From Azolla caroliniana (Eukaryota > Plantae > Polypodiophyta), in NCBI GenBank assembly GCA_043228905.1, contig JBHGNT010000020.1, positions 11,036,001-11,100,000 of the forward strand: a stretch of DNA of 64,000 nt, read 5' to 3'. Position 1 is the first letter of the stretch. The number at the start of each line of letters is the position of its first letter. Shown piece after piece: positions 12,349 to 26,055 of this stretch. The translations under genes were made by a program, and so were the position numbers. Under the pieces are notes generated by a model that did not search any database, was not told where the DNA came from, and worked only from the letters and a program-made list of their open reading frames with translations.

Positions 12349-12867
12349 TTGTCTTCGAAAGCGTCAGTCGGCTGCAGAGGTTCTCAACCCTCGCGGTCTG
12401 ATACAATGTGAATGTAAACGTGCGGAAGCGTTAGACAGAACCGGCTCAGACAGATAACAACAGAGAATAAGATGAAGGTTTAATGGAGAAGCTTAGTACA
12501 CAGAGTATACGTGGGAGAGACAAAGAGAGCAGAACGTAAGCGTAGATTCAAAAAAAATGAAAATACTCTGTAACTTTGTACATACAACGTGCTAAATAAC
12601 ACTATTTATACAAGTCCATAAAGGACTGACAGAAGTACTAACAGGTACTTCAATATTCCTACGTGCGATTGACACTAACTACGAGAAAATGATTACCTAG
12701 TAGTCTAGGCTACTACTAGGCTTCCATTTCCCGCTCGAATCCGGCTCCCCGATCCGGCCGGTTGTTTTCGGATACCATCTAGATACTGATCCGGCTCATC
12801 CTTCCAAATGCCGATCCGGCTCAGGCTTCCTCAGCCGATCCAGATCCGGTTGAGCTTGCTCGCTCAA
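12349..12867 (-). mobile_element. Remnant LTR + PBS + leader of a relative of copia B (target of the B insertion)
   Basis: The minus strand reads TTGAGCGAGCAAGCTCAAC...TTCACA (LTR 12867-12407), then TTGTATCAGACC GCGAGGGTTGAGAACCTCT, resembling B's PBS and leader. The leader continues left of B to ~6660. Confidence 0.8.
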
Positions 12868-12869
12868 GG

Positions 12870-13845
12870 TCTGGCAAGATAGCTCCCCCTTCTGTGGAAC
12901 TCTCTGGCATTACTCCTATCGTCTTGCCACTGGTAGGAGGTGCATTCTCAGGTCAACTGACCTTGTCGCCCTCAGCCGAATCGACCTCTATTTCCTCGGC
13001 CAAATCCTCTTCTATCATCCAACTGTGAGTAGAGCATCTGACCATCCAGTGCATTGCTCCTTTGTCGGGCATGGTTTTCTTCCATCAATAATATTGATTG
13101 AAGGTCGAAGAAGGAAGGTGGGTTCTCCCTTGGGAGAATGGCCGACTTGATTGTGCCAAATTGCAATGTTAAGCCGTCGAGGCATATTTGTACCATTTCT
13201 TCATCGTCGATGATGATGTTGATTGATTCGAAGGCATCACACAACTCCTTGATCTTCAAGGTATAGCCAGTGATTGACATGTCCCTCTATTGCATGTTAT
13301 TTAGATCCCATCGAAGTTGGAGCTTTCGTGCAACCGTATTGGCCACAAAAATCTTCTTGAGATTTTCCCAAGCTCCTTTCGGTGTTTTCAAGTCTCGAAT
13401 ATAGCCAAGCATGTGGTCCTGAACGCATGACACAAGGTAGTACAACACACGACTCGCAGCCTGCTCCCAACTAGGTAGTCAACGTGTGTTGAGTTGGGTT
13501 GCATTTCGTGAGCTCCCTCGATGTAGCTCCAGTAACTTTGTCTGACAAGGTACTAATGCATCTTGTACTCCCAAAATGCGAAGTTTGTTCTATCAAGCTT
13601 CTCGGTGGGAAGAGTGCTTCCCATCTGAGTCTTCATTGTTGAACTTCTTCTACTCTTGATGCGAACTGTGCAAATCATTGCTACAACGATCAATCCGTTC
13701 TCTCTGAATATGAGCCTGAGCAAAACACACGTAAAGGCGATGGGCTTGGATCAAGCTACCACACGCTCTGATACCATGTAAAGAATGAGAGTCGTGGGTG
13801 GTGCAACGGAAGCGAACTCTATGTATGTGTGAGTGCAGTAAGACG
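12870..13845 (-). mobile_element. Decayed copia 5' end: LTR tip, PBS (13765-13776) and gag
   Basis: gctctgatacca at 13765-13776; gag MGSTLPTEKLDRTNF..WEYKMH*..., SITGYTLKIKELCD, PSFFDLQSIL. Confidence 0.88.
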
Positions 13846-13848
13846 ACA

Positions 13849-13849
13849 G

Positions 13850-13885
<36 letters not shown>

Positions 13886-14860
13886 TATATTATCGTCTTC
13901 GGAGGTCAAATATGACCTATGAGACCAAAAATATTATATTTCACGTGATACGTGTGAAAGTGAGTAGTGACTCTCGATGTTCAAGAACTTTACCAATGAA
14001 TGTTGCAATCGAGAGTGCACATTGTGCTTGTGAGAGGAATTCATGCAAAGATTGGGCTCGGTTGAAGAGATGTGGAAAGCATGGTCGAATATGATCAAAG
14101 GCGGAGCATTATATCAAAGTGTGATACTCAGACTCGCGAACTTGTTTAGGGCAAATTGTGCATAGCCGATCACTCTCATTAGTTGTGCCCCAACGCCTTG
14201 TTTCACATCGCAATGCATGTGAGCTAAGTCGCATGGAAGCAATGGTTCGAATGGCAGATAACGGTATGGGCTCTAACATGTATCGATGTGTACGATTTCC
14301 CCATTCCGCAAAGAATATGGTTTTGTAGTTAGGTGCAACATGTTTAGTATAATGTGTGAAGCGCAAGCCTCCACATTTGTCCCATGTCCTAATACATTGG
14401 CATTGCAGAAATGCCTCATTTACAGAGGAATCTAATGATGCATCATGAAGCAAGTGTCTCACATCCCATCTACCAAACCATTTTGCTATATCTTGCATCC
14501 AACTGGAACACAAAATTTTGCTTTTATGCGTCTTTTGGATCATTTTGCTTGCTTCCCACGCAATTTTAGGAAGTCGATGTGAGGGACTTTTATGAACCTT
14601 AAGCATGTATTCAACAACCCTTTCCATGGCCATGGTCTCAATGGGAAGCGATCCCGTCTCAAGGAGGAGGAGGGTGTAGGGTGTTTGTTTCTTAACTTGT
14701 AGAAACTTTGTAAGAAAATGTTTTTGGACATTTTCAAACTCTTTCCACATAGATTTAGGGATGCTACCGCCCCATACTTCCACCCCATAGAGAAGAACCA
14801 GTGTCACCAAAGTGTCGAAAAGATATTTCTCGAGGACCCAACGCTTAATATCTCAGAGAG
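13849..14860 (-). mobile_element. 3' end of an RTE-X-like LINE with an (ATCT)n tail
   Basis: LLYGVEVWG..ENVQKHFL..LLLETGSLP..RLSSHALRCET.RW..RLCTIC..ESEYH, the C-terminal zinc finger of a non-LTR RT. The (GATA)n run at 13849-13884 is the tail. Clade call is from motif recall. Confidence 0.78.
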
Positions 14861-15035
14861 AGAGCTCTAAACAAGGAATGTGTATATTACATCCAACAAC
14901 AACTAAGTTACAAAAGGTTGGTTTAAATACCAACTATTCTAGGGCAAATGCCCTTTCTACTAATTAAAGAAATGTCCTAATAAGTTGTGCATCGCCTAGT
15001 GTGAACATTATTCCTATGGGAAGTCGAGTTGATTC

Positions 15036-16195
15036 TCAACACTCGGCCACACCGTTTTTGTCCGGCGTGTATCTGTAGGAGAACTCCCTTCGGATTCCCT
15101 TTTGCTGCAGATAACTTGTGAATTGGCCAAAAAAGTATTCTTTTCTACCATCCGACCATAGACACTTGATTTTCCTCCCTATTTCCCTTTCAACTAGACT
15201 TTTTAGGTCCCGGAAACAGGAGAAAACTTCACTCTTCTTCTCAATGAGGTACACCCAAGTGTGTCGGCTGAAGTCGTCGATGAAGGAAGCAAAATATTGA
15301 CTCCCGCCCATGCTCACACAACTTGCCGGTCCCCATACATTCATGTGGATTAAGTCAAACCGATTCCGGCTCCGATTCTTTTTATTGGGAAATGGAACCC
15401 TATGTTGCTTCCCAAGTTGACAAGCTTCAGATATCTGAGCCTTCCGACCACTGAACTTCGGCAGTCTAGAAACCACCTGTTTCGACTAGAGTTCTTAAAG
15501 CTTCTAATAATTGATGTGGCTGATTCGCTTGTGCTATAGGTCGATGTCGGATTCAACCTTCTTTCCTTTTTTGAACATTACGACGCCAACATCATTTGTT
15601 TTGAGGATAAATATCCTCACATCTCTACACCCTCACGCTATCAACGGACCCTTGTCCTCGATGAAGCAATCATGGTGATTAAATTAGACCTGCATGCCCC
15701 AATTGACAATTTGTTCAATAGATACCAAGTTCTTTGCAATTGTTGGGACATGTAGCACGTTCCGCATCAGCCCCTTCTGTCCGACATGGCTGAGTAGTAA
15801 ATCACCCACGTGTTTGATGGGGTGCAAGGTGTTGTTGCTAGTCTCCACAACTCCTAGTTGTTCCGGTTTTTCCAAGCTTGAGAACCATTCAACATGGTTC
15901 ATCATATGATTTGACGCTTCGGAATTTATATACCAGACCTCTTCCAGTTTTGTGGTAGGTACTCCCATCTGATTTTCCTTGCACTTCATTACAAGTGTGG
16001 GGCCCGTTTTGGCTCGATCTCATTTCTCGACAAAGTGGGATCAGTGACGCCTATATGCATCACCACAACTTGATCTGGTTCTGTCTGAATCGGTGTGCTT
16101 CCTCCAACACTCGCACTCTATGTGGCCCTTCCGGCCACAATACCAACAATTTGTTGCAACCTTCCAGTGCCGCCTTGACTCCCCTTACTCGTTTG
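15036..16195 (-). pseudogene. Decayed copia gag-knuckle/protease/integrase fragment, same lineage as B
   Basis: CWYCGRKGH knuckle near 16140, WYINSEASNHM, ACQLGKQHR, FIDDFSR, KNGVAE. Confidence 0.88.
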
Positions 16196-17134
16196 AGAAA
16201 TATTGATGTCCCACGAGATGGTTATTCAAATCGTTTGCTCAGAGAAATGAATATGAATTCTTGATCATCACTTTATTCAAATCTCGGGAATTAATACACA
16301 TGTCATGTGCCCTATTTCTTTTTTACCAAGAGAGTTGGTGCACCCCATGGCCTATATGACCCATGTGTTAATGTTCCTTGAGTTGTATAGACACCTTATC
16401 TTCTTAAGATCGACTCAATCATGTATAGTTATTGATGCAACTCCAAGTAAACGATCTATATGATAGTCTATATTACGTTTAAGAGGTAACCCATGTGGTA
16501 ATTCACTTAGGAAAAACATCATGAAAATCATTTAAGATTTCATCAAGGAGTTGTTAAAAGTAAGATAAATGATCCATAATATAATTGATATTATAAACTT
16601 AAATGTCAGCATCAAGTACACAGAAAAATAAAGTAGAACAAGACAACTTAGATGGTAATGGAGCGGACATAATCGAAAGAGATTATTTTTTAATACATTG
16701 AATAAAATTAATACAATCATTTAGTGTAAATGTTATTGACTGGTGAACCCAATAAATAGATATTTAAGAATTCTTTTATTAAAGAACAAGAGATAAGTTG
16801 ATAACCCAATATTACATCAATGGTATAAAAATTCATTACATGGAAATGTACTTGCTTTACATAAGGATTACTTGCACACCTTATCTAGAGGAAAACGATT
16901 GAGGATTGAGGAGTGGTAAATGCTTCAAGATTACGAAGTATCCTAGTAAATGTTTGAAGACGAGCAATATCCTTGTGAATATTTGGAAACCAAGAGGTAT
17001 CGTGTCAATATCCAAAACGAAACGAGTGTTTTGGGGATTTATTAACCTCAATGTGATCATGTATTGAAATAGAAATGTAGACCACTTACCTCTTTAGAAG
17101 AATAAGAGAAAACAAAGATGAAACGAAAGTACAT

Positions 17135-18022
17135 CTAAGTTGGAACAGTAGTAAATCGAGGAGTTAGTAATGCTTGTAAACCCTTCACAACAATACTCAT
17201 ATTTGGTCGGGAATCAGCTTCATATTGAACACAAAGGGCTGCTACAATTGCCATCTACATCATCCACATAATACAATCAAAACATCACATTAATGTCTTT
17301 TTATATTTTAATCCAACATTCGATCAATGTGTTTTAGTTGTTTTATGGATGCATATTAATTAGGGTTTAGAGTTCTCTTTACTACAAAAACTTTATCATT
17401 TCATTTCTTTAAAAGAAAGCATTTTCTTAAGTAGAAATTTAGAATAATTGACAACTTTGTTTTAAATATAATATGTAGATGCACAACATATTCTTTTGAG
17501 GGAAAACTCTAAAATACTTCCATGTTTTTTGCTTATCTTCTCAAATGCCACACATGTTTTTTTATTCCCCCAAAACTAACCTTATAATTGTGAGTTTACC
17601 TAGGACACTTGGGAAACTAATGGAAAGTTAAAAAGCAGCCAGGAATAAAAAAACATTTTAGCATAGTTTGGATGATCCCCAAAGGTTATATAATCGAATT
17701 TAAGAAATACTAGATAAACTAGCAAAACTACTTGATTTTGAAAAGAGGTTATGGATTTTATAAAGTTGGTTCTACTAAACTACTTAGCTTTTCAAAAGAG
17801 TTATTGAATCAAATAAAACTAATGCTAATAAAACTATTTGGCCTTTAAAAGGGGTAAGGATCGGACTAGAAACAGACTAATAGTACCTTGGCAACTGCTT
17901 TGATTGGATAGTTTGTTAGAAGCTTAGGATCAACACATTGCTTCACTTTGTCTTCGCTCAATCTTGGAGTCGCCTGCCCATTTAAAAGATCGCTAAGGGG
18001 ACATTGTCATTGTCATAGTCAA

Positions 18023-18061
<39 letters not shown>

Positions 18062-20461
18062 ATACACACACATAACCTACATGTATGTATATGTTTGTAT
18101 TATATGAAACTAATCTCACCCAGGTAACCAAACTTTGTTGACCGATTGGTTGTGTGCGGTCTATTGGCTTTCGTCCAGTCAATAACTCCAACAAGATTAC
18201 TCCAAAGCTATAGACATCACTCTTCTGGGTCAATTCTCCTGTCATTGCATACCTAAAAGTAAAGATTTTTGGCTTAGCATATACAAAGAGGTACATTTTT
18301 AGCATATAGGATATCATTCTGCAAGAGAAAAAAGCTATTCTACAAAGTGGTGTTCTAGTCAATTTTGAAAACGTAGGAAAATTCTATTCAAGACCCATTG
18401 GCCCAATATTATTAGTGTCGCCCCCCTTTCCTAGAAAAGATCCAATTTAAGTTTCCCAAAGAATGCAAAGAGAAACACAATGCCTTACTCTGGGGAATGG
18501 TAACCAAAGCTTCCAAGGACTTGAGTCGAATGCAGGGAAGCAGCCATGTCTGGTGCTTGATTTGAAGGTTTGAAATCAGCGATTTTTGCAACATATCCAT
18601 CAAAGAGTAGAATATTGCTCGAATGGATATTTTGGTGGACAATCGGAGGCATGCTCTCATGCAAGTATTCTAAGCCCCTCGCGGCTCCCACTGCAATCTT
18701 TACACGTTGCATCCAATCGAGGACAGGCCCTGGTTGAGCACCTTGGATTCCTTTCTTGCCTGGTCAATATGATATAATATTTATGAGATTACAATTCATG
18801 ACTATAGTAAAACAAACGAGTTTTAAGGAGTGTCACTATATGTGAACACTTTATATCACATGCATTTCAAGACCTTCAATGTGTTTTTACCTAACAAATG
18901 TGATATAATATTTATATATTATGACTTGCAAATATGGAAAGAAGATTGAGTTCTATGGGAGATTCACTACGTGTAAACTCTCTATGCAACATACATTTTC
19001 AAACCCTATTTCACAAAATCCCTTACAACTACAAACTGTAACAATTTACCATGCACCCTTTTCCTATTCAATTTGTGCACATCGCATCCTAACAGAATCC
19101 AAATATCTTATAAAAACCAATAAACTCAATATAGATGTCACTTCAGATATGTTATAACTTCTCTTTAGGTAAAGATGTTTACAATAATGTTTTTTCTCTT
19201 ATTACCATGCAACATATCACGTAACGAACCCAAACTTGCATATTCATAGGCCAATATTCGGTTGTCTTTGGAAAGGCAATACCCTAGCAACTCCACAACA
19301 TTTTCATTTTTCGCCCTTGAAATTCTCGATATCTACAAATTACATTATTATTAACACATGACAATCTAAAAACAATAAGTAAAATTAGTAAAGTCTATAC
19401 CTATTTACGTCATTGTCTCATTATTCAGAACAAGGAAACCATTCAACTGGATCGGAGAAAACAAAACCTGGGATAAGAATTCGTTATCGGAGTCTTGAGG
19501 ATTGCTGGCAACGAGTTTTTTAATTGCCACGTGGCGTCCATTCTTCAGGTTCCCGAGATAAACACGTCCAAGAGAACCTATACCGATTACAGCATTTGGT
19601 CCAAAATTTTCGGTTGCAGCTCGTACTTCTTCAAGTGGTATAACAGGTACTTCGATACGTTGTAGAGGTTGTTGGATGGGAGTCTGTGTGGGTGGATGGA
19701 CACTTTGAAGACTTGGACGACTTGCCGGACTGTCCGTTTTCACATTCGGATGACGTCCTGCAGGAACATACATCTACACTCAGGTGCATATCCAATCCAC
19801 CGATACATTTTCCGAATCTGATGGCATCTCTTGTTAGGGATGGTTTCCATCTTCGAAAAAAATTTGGCCCCATTTTTTTTAACATACATTTTAAGGATCT
19901 TTCAAATGTGTCACATATAGTTTGATTATAAGGGCCTTCACAATTTTAATACATTCTTGTCTTGACAGAAATATATGCACCATCTTAGATATGGAGGTTT
20001 TCCTTCTTCAAAACAATTGCCATTTAAAGATCTTCAAAGAATCACCACATATATAGGTTAAGAGTTTGATTGGTATTCATATTTTCTGTAACATGAATTT
20101 TCTAGCGATCAATTAATTCTATACATATTTTCTTGAAGAGACTAGGAAATCTTTGATTCCCTTCAGTGAAAAAGATTCAATCCAATCCATCATTTCTCTG
20201 GATCCAAGGCATTTGGGGTTGTAGAATAAGATTTGGGGAATTTAACATTATAAATTTGGATTTGTTGTAGATTGATTTTGGGGTAGTAGAATTTGATTAT
20301 GTTGCAGATTGCAGTTTCTGCCACAGATTAGGTTTAAATTAGGTTTCTTGTGATATATATATATATATATGTAAGAATCAGAAGCTTTTACCTTCGCCAT
20401 TAGATTTAGGTTTCTTTTTACCACACAGAGGCAGCCAACGGAAGAAGTCGCGGAAACGCAT
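17135..20461 (-). CDS. PTI1-like: PTI1/MARIS-like receptor-like cytoplasmic kinase (RLCK-VIII), probable pseudokinase, 7 coding exons
   Basis: GT-AG exons 20461-20392, 19757-19468, 19332-19206, 18759-18489, 18252-18120, 17973-17887, 17254-17135 join in frame. Family hallmarks: [96 protein letters not shown]. Confidence 0.93.
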
Positions 20462-21199
20462 TTGTGTGGTTTTTTATTTTAGAGATCAGTTTTGTTTTGA
20501 TTTGATTTCTCAGAAAGTGTCAGATCTATGGAGATCGAAAAAAGAGACCACAAAACAAAAAGGAAAGAAGAAAAGCAGCGAGAATGGAAAGAAAAACACA
20601 GAGCAGAGGAAATTGAGAAAGAGAAAGAGGAGGCAGAGAGAAAATGGGGAAGATTTAAAAAAAAACAGAAGATGAAGAAGAATCTGAAGAAGAAGAGAAA
20701 GTCAGAGGGAGATGGAGAGCACGTCTTCTGTCTATCTGTCTGTCTGAAGGGTTTTTGGTTGGATCTGTGGGGCTCAAAGAAGAAGAAGAAGAAGAAGAAA
20801 AAACAGAACTTTTATTTCTTTCTTTATTTATTTATGATATTAGTAACCTTCACACACTGCAAAGCTTTCTGATCCACTGGTCTTCCATGAAAGCTTACTG
20901 CATCGTGTAATTTACAAAAAAGAAGAAGAGATTTAAACCCTAGATTTATATAGCAAACTCTTCATACAATCGATGATTGGTGTATTATATTACACAGGAT
21001 CCTTCAGTGCAGCATGAAATTCTTCCATTGTTAAGGTACCTTTTCTGCAGCATCCCATGCTCTTGCAACTGACATTAGACTGAGGCACCTGTTAGAATGA
21101 GATACAAAAAGATCAAGAAAAAAAAACAGAAGGATCAAAATGCACAGTTTTTTTCCCTTCATCTTCTTCTGTGTAGATGATCAACCCTACATATATATA

Positions 21200-21625
21200 T
21201 ATATATATATTGAGAAAATCCAGTGTCGATGATCAAGCCAAAACTATTAGTTGGGAGACTTCGTATGCATGACTGAGTGAAAATATATATAGTAATAATG
21301 TCCATATCCTGAGATCAAACTGCAGAATTTGATCAAACTGAGATCAAACTGCAGAGGTTGATCAAACTGAGATCAAACTGCAGAGTTCAGCCTATCAATT
21401 GTCTTTTAACTCCATGATATCTGTCCAATGTACACATTCATGAGGCACACAATCCTTACCACAATATATACATATGTATTGAGAATATCCAGTGTAGATA
21501 ATCAACCCTATAGGCTATCATCATCTGAGTTAAGACTTGTAATGCATGACTGAGTGAAATACATATATATATTGGTAATGTTCATATCCTTTCTTAATGT
21601 GCTTTTCCACTCAGATCAAACTGCA
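21200..21625. repeat. Local ~270-bp duplication plus short GATCAAACTG(CAGA) repeats upstream of the kinase
   Basis: tgagaa(a/t)atccagtgt at ~21211 and ~21480; gcatgactgagtgaaa twice; gatcaaactg five times in 21313-21380. Confidence 0.7.
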
Positions 21626-22989
21626 GTACTCAACATTTGATTGATACTTCCACCATTTTACATAATCCATTTTCTGTTTTTACTCAATAATTCAAAATTC
21701 ACATACATTATTACATATATGGAGTTCCTCAAGTAAGCAAATGTACAAATTTACATTTTCTTCATATATGTATGGGGAGCAATTATGTACATTTATTTGC
21801 TTGGAGTGTTGGTTCTTTAAGACTAGTTGTCTCCAAAATATAAACAAAGCTATATATGTGTACAGCTATAGCTTCCACCATCTTTCTTGAAGATAGGGAG
21901 CAATTATGTACATACCAAGTTCTCCACAATGATGAACGTTAGCAAATTATAATCCATAACTATTAATATGTGTTATACATATTTCTTCGTTCGAGGGATA
22001 TCACTTGTGTTGGAAACTTGACTTAGACGGACCATGGGAGATCCATACATATGCAATAGAGGATGGTTCAAGTACTAAACCCTAAACCCTAAAGTCCAAA
22101 AGGTATACACATCACAACAAAATAAACCAAACAAATAACATCGACGAGTTATGAAGAAATTCGAGATATGGCATGTCCTAGAGAAGCTCTGTTCGAAAGC
22201 TTATATCCATTTACCATCAATGGGATAAGAATCATTATTTCAAAAATTAATGGCTTTAAAGCCCGACCTTATGCGGTTTTGTTTGTGTTCATGAAGGAAA
22301 CACTTTTGACAAGGGTATTTACATGTTTTCCTCCATAGATAGACAATGGAACCATACATTCTTTCTATCCCGTTTGATGTTTGTATCATTTGGATCAATC
22401 TAGGCTCTACTTTTGGAACAATTCAGCTACACAACTTGGATATGGATAAGATAGCCTAAATGTGCCATCCATTACCCTGACCCACTCGGACATTACTAGT
22501 AGTATGAGATAGGATCACATCAATTTCAGAGTCCTCTAAATTACCTTTGCCTTCACTCTATGTTGGTTTGTTCCGTCGTACATGGAGGAAGAGGTCCAAA
22601 TATTTATTTGGGTCGATGCTTTGTTTACCCACATTAGTATGTGGATGTGTATTTTGTAATGGGTCTAAATTATGTTTAAAAAAAAACCTTTATTCTTGCC
22701 CCTATCGATGGCCAAACCAAAGTTTTGCATCTTCTTCGTGACATTCTCTTCTTCAAATCTAACGGTTGGATTATCGTTTTGACTTCTCTATCTTCATAAA
22801 TTCTGCCTAGATAAAAACCTATGAATTTGTGTATTTTGCCACTATATGTGATGATTTGTGGAAACTTGATGATACCTAAGGGCTTACCTTGAAAATTGTG
22901 AAGCCTCTAATTTTGAACTAGAGATGAGAACGTGTTGTACCTACTTGATTATTGTTGATTAGTGGAGTTTTGGTGTCGTTGTGAAAGGT

Positions 22990-23950
22990 CAAATTGAGCC
23001 TCTCAATGATCGAAAGTGAAATGAGAACCGACTCCGCCAACTGGCTCGATTTAGGGATCAAGACCAACCCTACTATGACAAATGCTTCCAACCGGCGGGA
23101 GACAAATACGACGACGATAACTACGGATATGACTGAGAACAACAATACGAGGAAGAGTATGCACCTTGGTACGCAAGAGAGCCACGAACCGAAAGAAGGT
23201 CTAAGCAACAATGTGAATGATTATGGTCGATTTGCGAACAACCGAAAATATGGCAACAAGTGGAGACTTGCAGGATCAACAACACAAAGACGTCAATCGG
23301 CCTAGTAATCGCTGGTGTTTCGTGAAACGAGGATCGAAGAGATGGCTGATGGCCGAGTCGAGCCCAACAATATGATCCTCGGCCATGAGACGAACCATCC
23401 TGGCAAGCACCGCCACCCCCAAATCGAACGAGGTGAATCAAGTCAGTCGGTGCCTATTATATGCTACAAGTGTCACTAGCCCAAAGCCCAGCTAACGAGT
23501 TGTAGGAGGTTTGCGCAAAATATCAAAAGGGTGAAGCTTGGATCAAGCTTCTGTTGGAAAGGCATCAACAATGATTGGACCATAAATGAGAAGAAGCTCC
23601 GACTCGGGGACGGCAAGAATGGTCGGCACAAGCGGCCGAACTGCAAAATATTTTGAGCTGATCAAGACAATCGCCGAAAAGAGGGCCGAGGATTCTACAA
23701 AATGGATGAGGATAGCATCAAACTGCTCCGAGAGGACCTAACCAAAGAATTCTACTCCCTCGCCCAAACACATAGCGCGGAGATCAGAAAATTAATCAAG
23801 GAATTCGAGGACGAGCAACTTCAACTCGCAATCGAGTTGGAAAAAATACAAACAGGAAAGAATCTGAGCCGAGGCAGAACCCGATGACCTAAGAAGAGTT
23901 TGAACATGAAACCGGTGAAGCAAAGGAAGAACAAGCACAAATATAGCTCG
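22990..23950 (+). pseudogene. Highly decayed gag-like retroelement fragment
   Basis: Possible zinc-knuckle remnant CYKCH* at ~23462 and a coiled-coil-like ORF 23702-23887; many stops. Confidence 0.3.
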
Positions 23951-24249
23951 GCCGAGTTAAAAAAGAAAGCAGATGACTCCCAACCATTGTATGAAGCATA
24001 CGTACCATACGTGCATTCGTGAATGATTGAAACTTTTGCGTAAGAAAAACACCCTCAAAGAATGATAAATACCATACTTTGGGTTTAACTATTTATTATG
24101 AGGTAAATAAGCCTAAAAATGAAAGAAAAACATTAAAAAATGGGAAAAAAAGAAAAGAAAACACAAGAATGTTTGAATAACATTCGCATTCGTTTTCCAA
24201 CGTAGGAAAACGAATATTATGTTAGACGAACACGCATTTTGCGTACTAT

Positions 24250-25850
24250 GCTCGCAACAATAGTTGAGCATCTTGCATATTTTCGGAAGAAGAGTAAGTG
24301 GAAGACCTCAATTTTTGGCGATAGATATTTTTAGCATTATTCTTTTGATTTTTTGTGGGTTTGATCTGCAAGGCACTTATCCCACAGGCGTGTGCAGGTG
24401 TTGGCCAAGCAGGACGAACGAAGGTGTGAGAGGGGACAAGATGCCAAGCATAAGAAAAGTGGAACCAACAAAAAGATGAATAAGGTGCCAAAACTACTTG
24501 ATGATAGAAACGATTGTAACGGACCATGCTTCCCAGAAATAGGAAGCATAGAGGCCTATATAAGTATCGAGTGTTTGAGAGCGCAAGCGGGCTGAGGATA
24601 TATTATTTTGAGGTAAGAATTGTATAGAGAGGTGAGGACCTTTAGGAGGGGGCGAGTGTTATACCGACAATTGATTGGTACTTGTAACTATGTGTATTCT
24701 TAATAGATCATTCTTTCTTGTGGGGTAACCCTGTGTGTCTAATGTATGTTCTAAAGTGTATTGTTTGTCTGTAATCGCGAGCTTGTAATCGTTGTAGCCG
24801 ATTCGACGGGATACCTATTCCTGCGTCCCTTGTGAAGCTCTAAGATCGGTTCACATCTCTGAGTATTGTGCGGAACAAACGAGTTCGGGTATCCACAGTG
24901 AGAGTTATTTGGGAACCCTTGGGGGGGGTTAGTTTGTCACAGATCAACCAGACGTGCCAAAATTGTTACTGGTTTAGGGTAACACGATGCCGAGTCCTCA
25001 ATCCTTTGGGGTTCGGCTTAAGGGTATCGTGGTCAAGGAAAGAGTGCACACGTGTATACAAGAATCGCAATAGCTACCTTGATCATGGAAATTGTGGAGA
25101 CTACGCAGACGACTACAACCAACTCGTTACGTACTTAACATAGAGTACAATGACTTAACACAGATACGCTCAACACAAAAGAGAGGAACAGAAATAAGGC
25201 GAAATAGATCTATATTCTAGAGTTTTTCAGACAATATTACAATTAAATTTTACAGGTTTTCCATGCCCTTTATATAGGGTCATGGGCAGTTACGCTTGAC
25301 GTGTGAACCATTATCCCTCATGAATGCTTTTCGCTATTACGCCTTCCTTACTACACTTCGGCCGCACCCGTCTTCTTCTCTTGCCGTAACCATCCCTTTG
25401 TCTTTTCCCTTTTCTTCCTTTCCCACTTGATCATCTGAGGTGGCCAACATGCTCACGTAGGAAGCCCATGTATTCCCAACTAGAGGCTCATCAATCCAGT
25501 GTGGGTGCACGAAGAGCTTTAAGCCCTGTTACCGGTTGAGTCCGGGTGTAACTTCCTCTATCATAGTTTAATAGATTATCTTCGTTGTATCCGGACTTCT
25601 TTGTGTCGTGTGTCTCTGCCTCTGCTCGTATTCTCCTCTCTATTCCCTCTCACCTGCATGTGTACTCGAGCGTCCGAGCATGTGAGCTCATCGCTATTAC
25701 TCGGAGAGGAGAGCCGGAACAGTCACGTGCCCGGGCCATGTATTGGCTAAAATTTCCAGGGATTGACCCGGATAAACACTTCACTCACTCTTTCTACTGG
25801 CTTCTTCATTCAAGACCCCGACGGCCCCGCTCCAGATCCTACACGTAGCC
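24250..25850. mobile_element. LTR-like relics (probably one or two gypsy LTR fragments)
   Basis: TATA-like cctatataag (~24555) and ccctttatataggg (~25266); G8 tract followed by TGTCAC at ~24920-24940; no coding homology recognised. Confidence 0.35.
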
Positions 25851-26014
25851 ACAAAATACCGCGACAATGTAGGTATAATCATTATGATGATGACCTAGAA
25901 CATGGGATAGATGGGATGGACAGTCAGAGTGGTAGCTCAATACAAGCTATGGGAGCCTTTGTTCATGGATGTAAAGAATCAAGAGATGGATTCTTGTGAA
26001 GTGGAATAGGTGTG

Positions 26015-26055
<41 letters not shown>

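Noticed and set aside
5870-13925. 13-bp match TGACCTATGAGAC at the LINE ORF2 start (5870) and in the LINE 3' UTR (13913)
   Set aside because: It could indicate 5'-3' pairing, but 13-mer matches are expected by chance in 64 kb and the two fragments are not shown to be the same family.
20466-20872. Lys/Glu-rich ORFs upstream of the kinase, and similar ORFs at 5495-5713 and 63186-63965
   Set aside because: They are translations of GA/CT-rich leader sequence and microsatellites.
20852-20908. Imperfect hairpin (acacactgcaaagctttc...gaaagcttactgcatcgtgt) as a MIRNA
   Set aside because: The stem is short and bulged, and I recognise no known mature miRNA in it.
22076-22093. Telomere-like TAAACCCTAAACCCTAAA
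   Set aside because: Only about two units; such telo-box motifs are common interstitially.
22100-22950. Possible Helitron or MULE relic
   Set aside because: I found no recognisable peptide motif or terminus.
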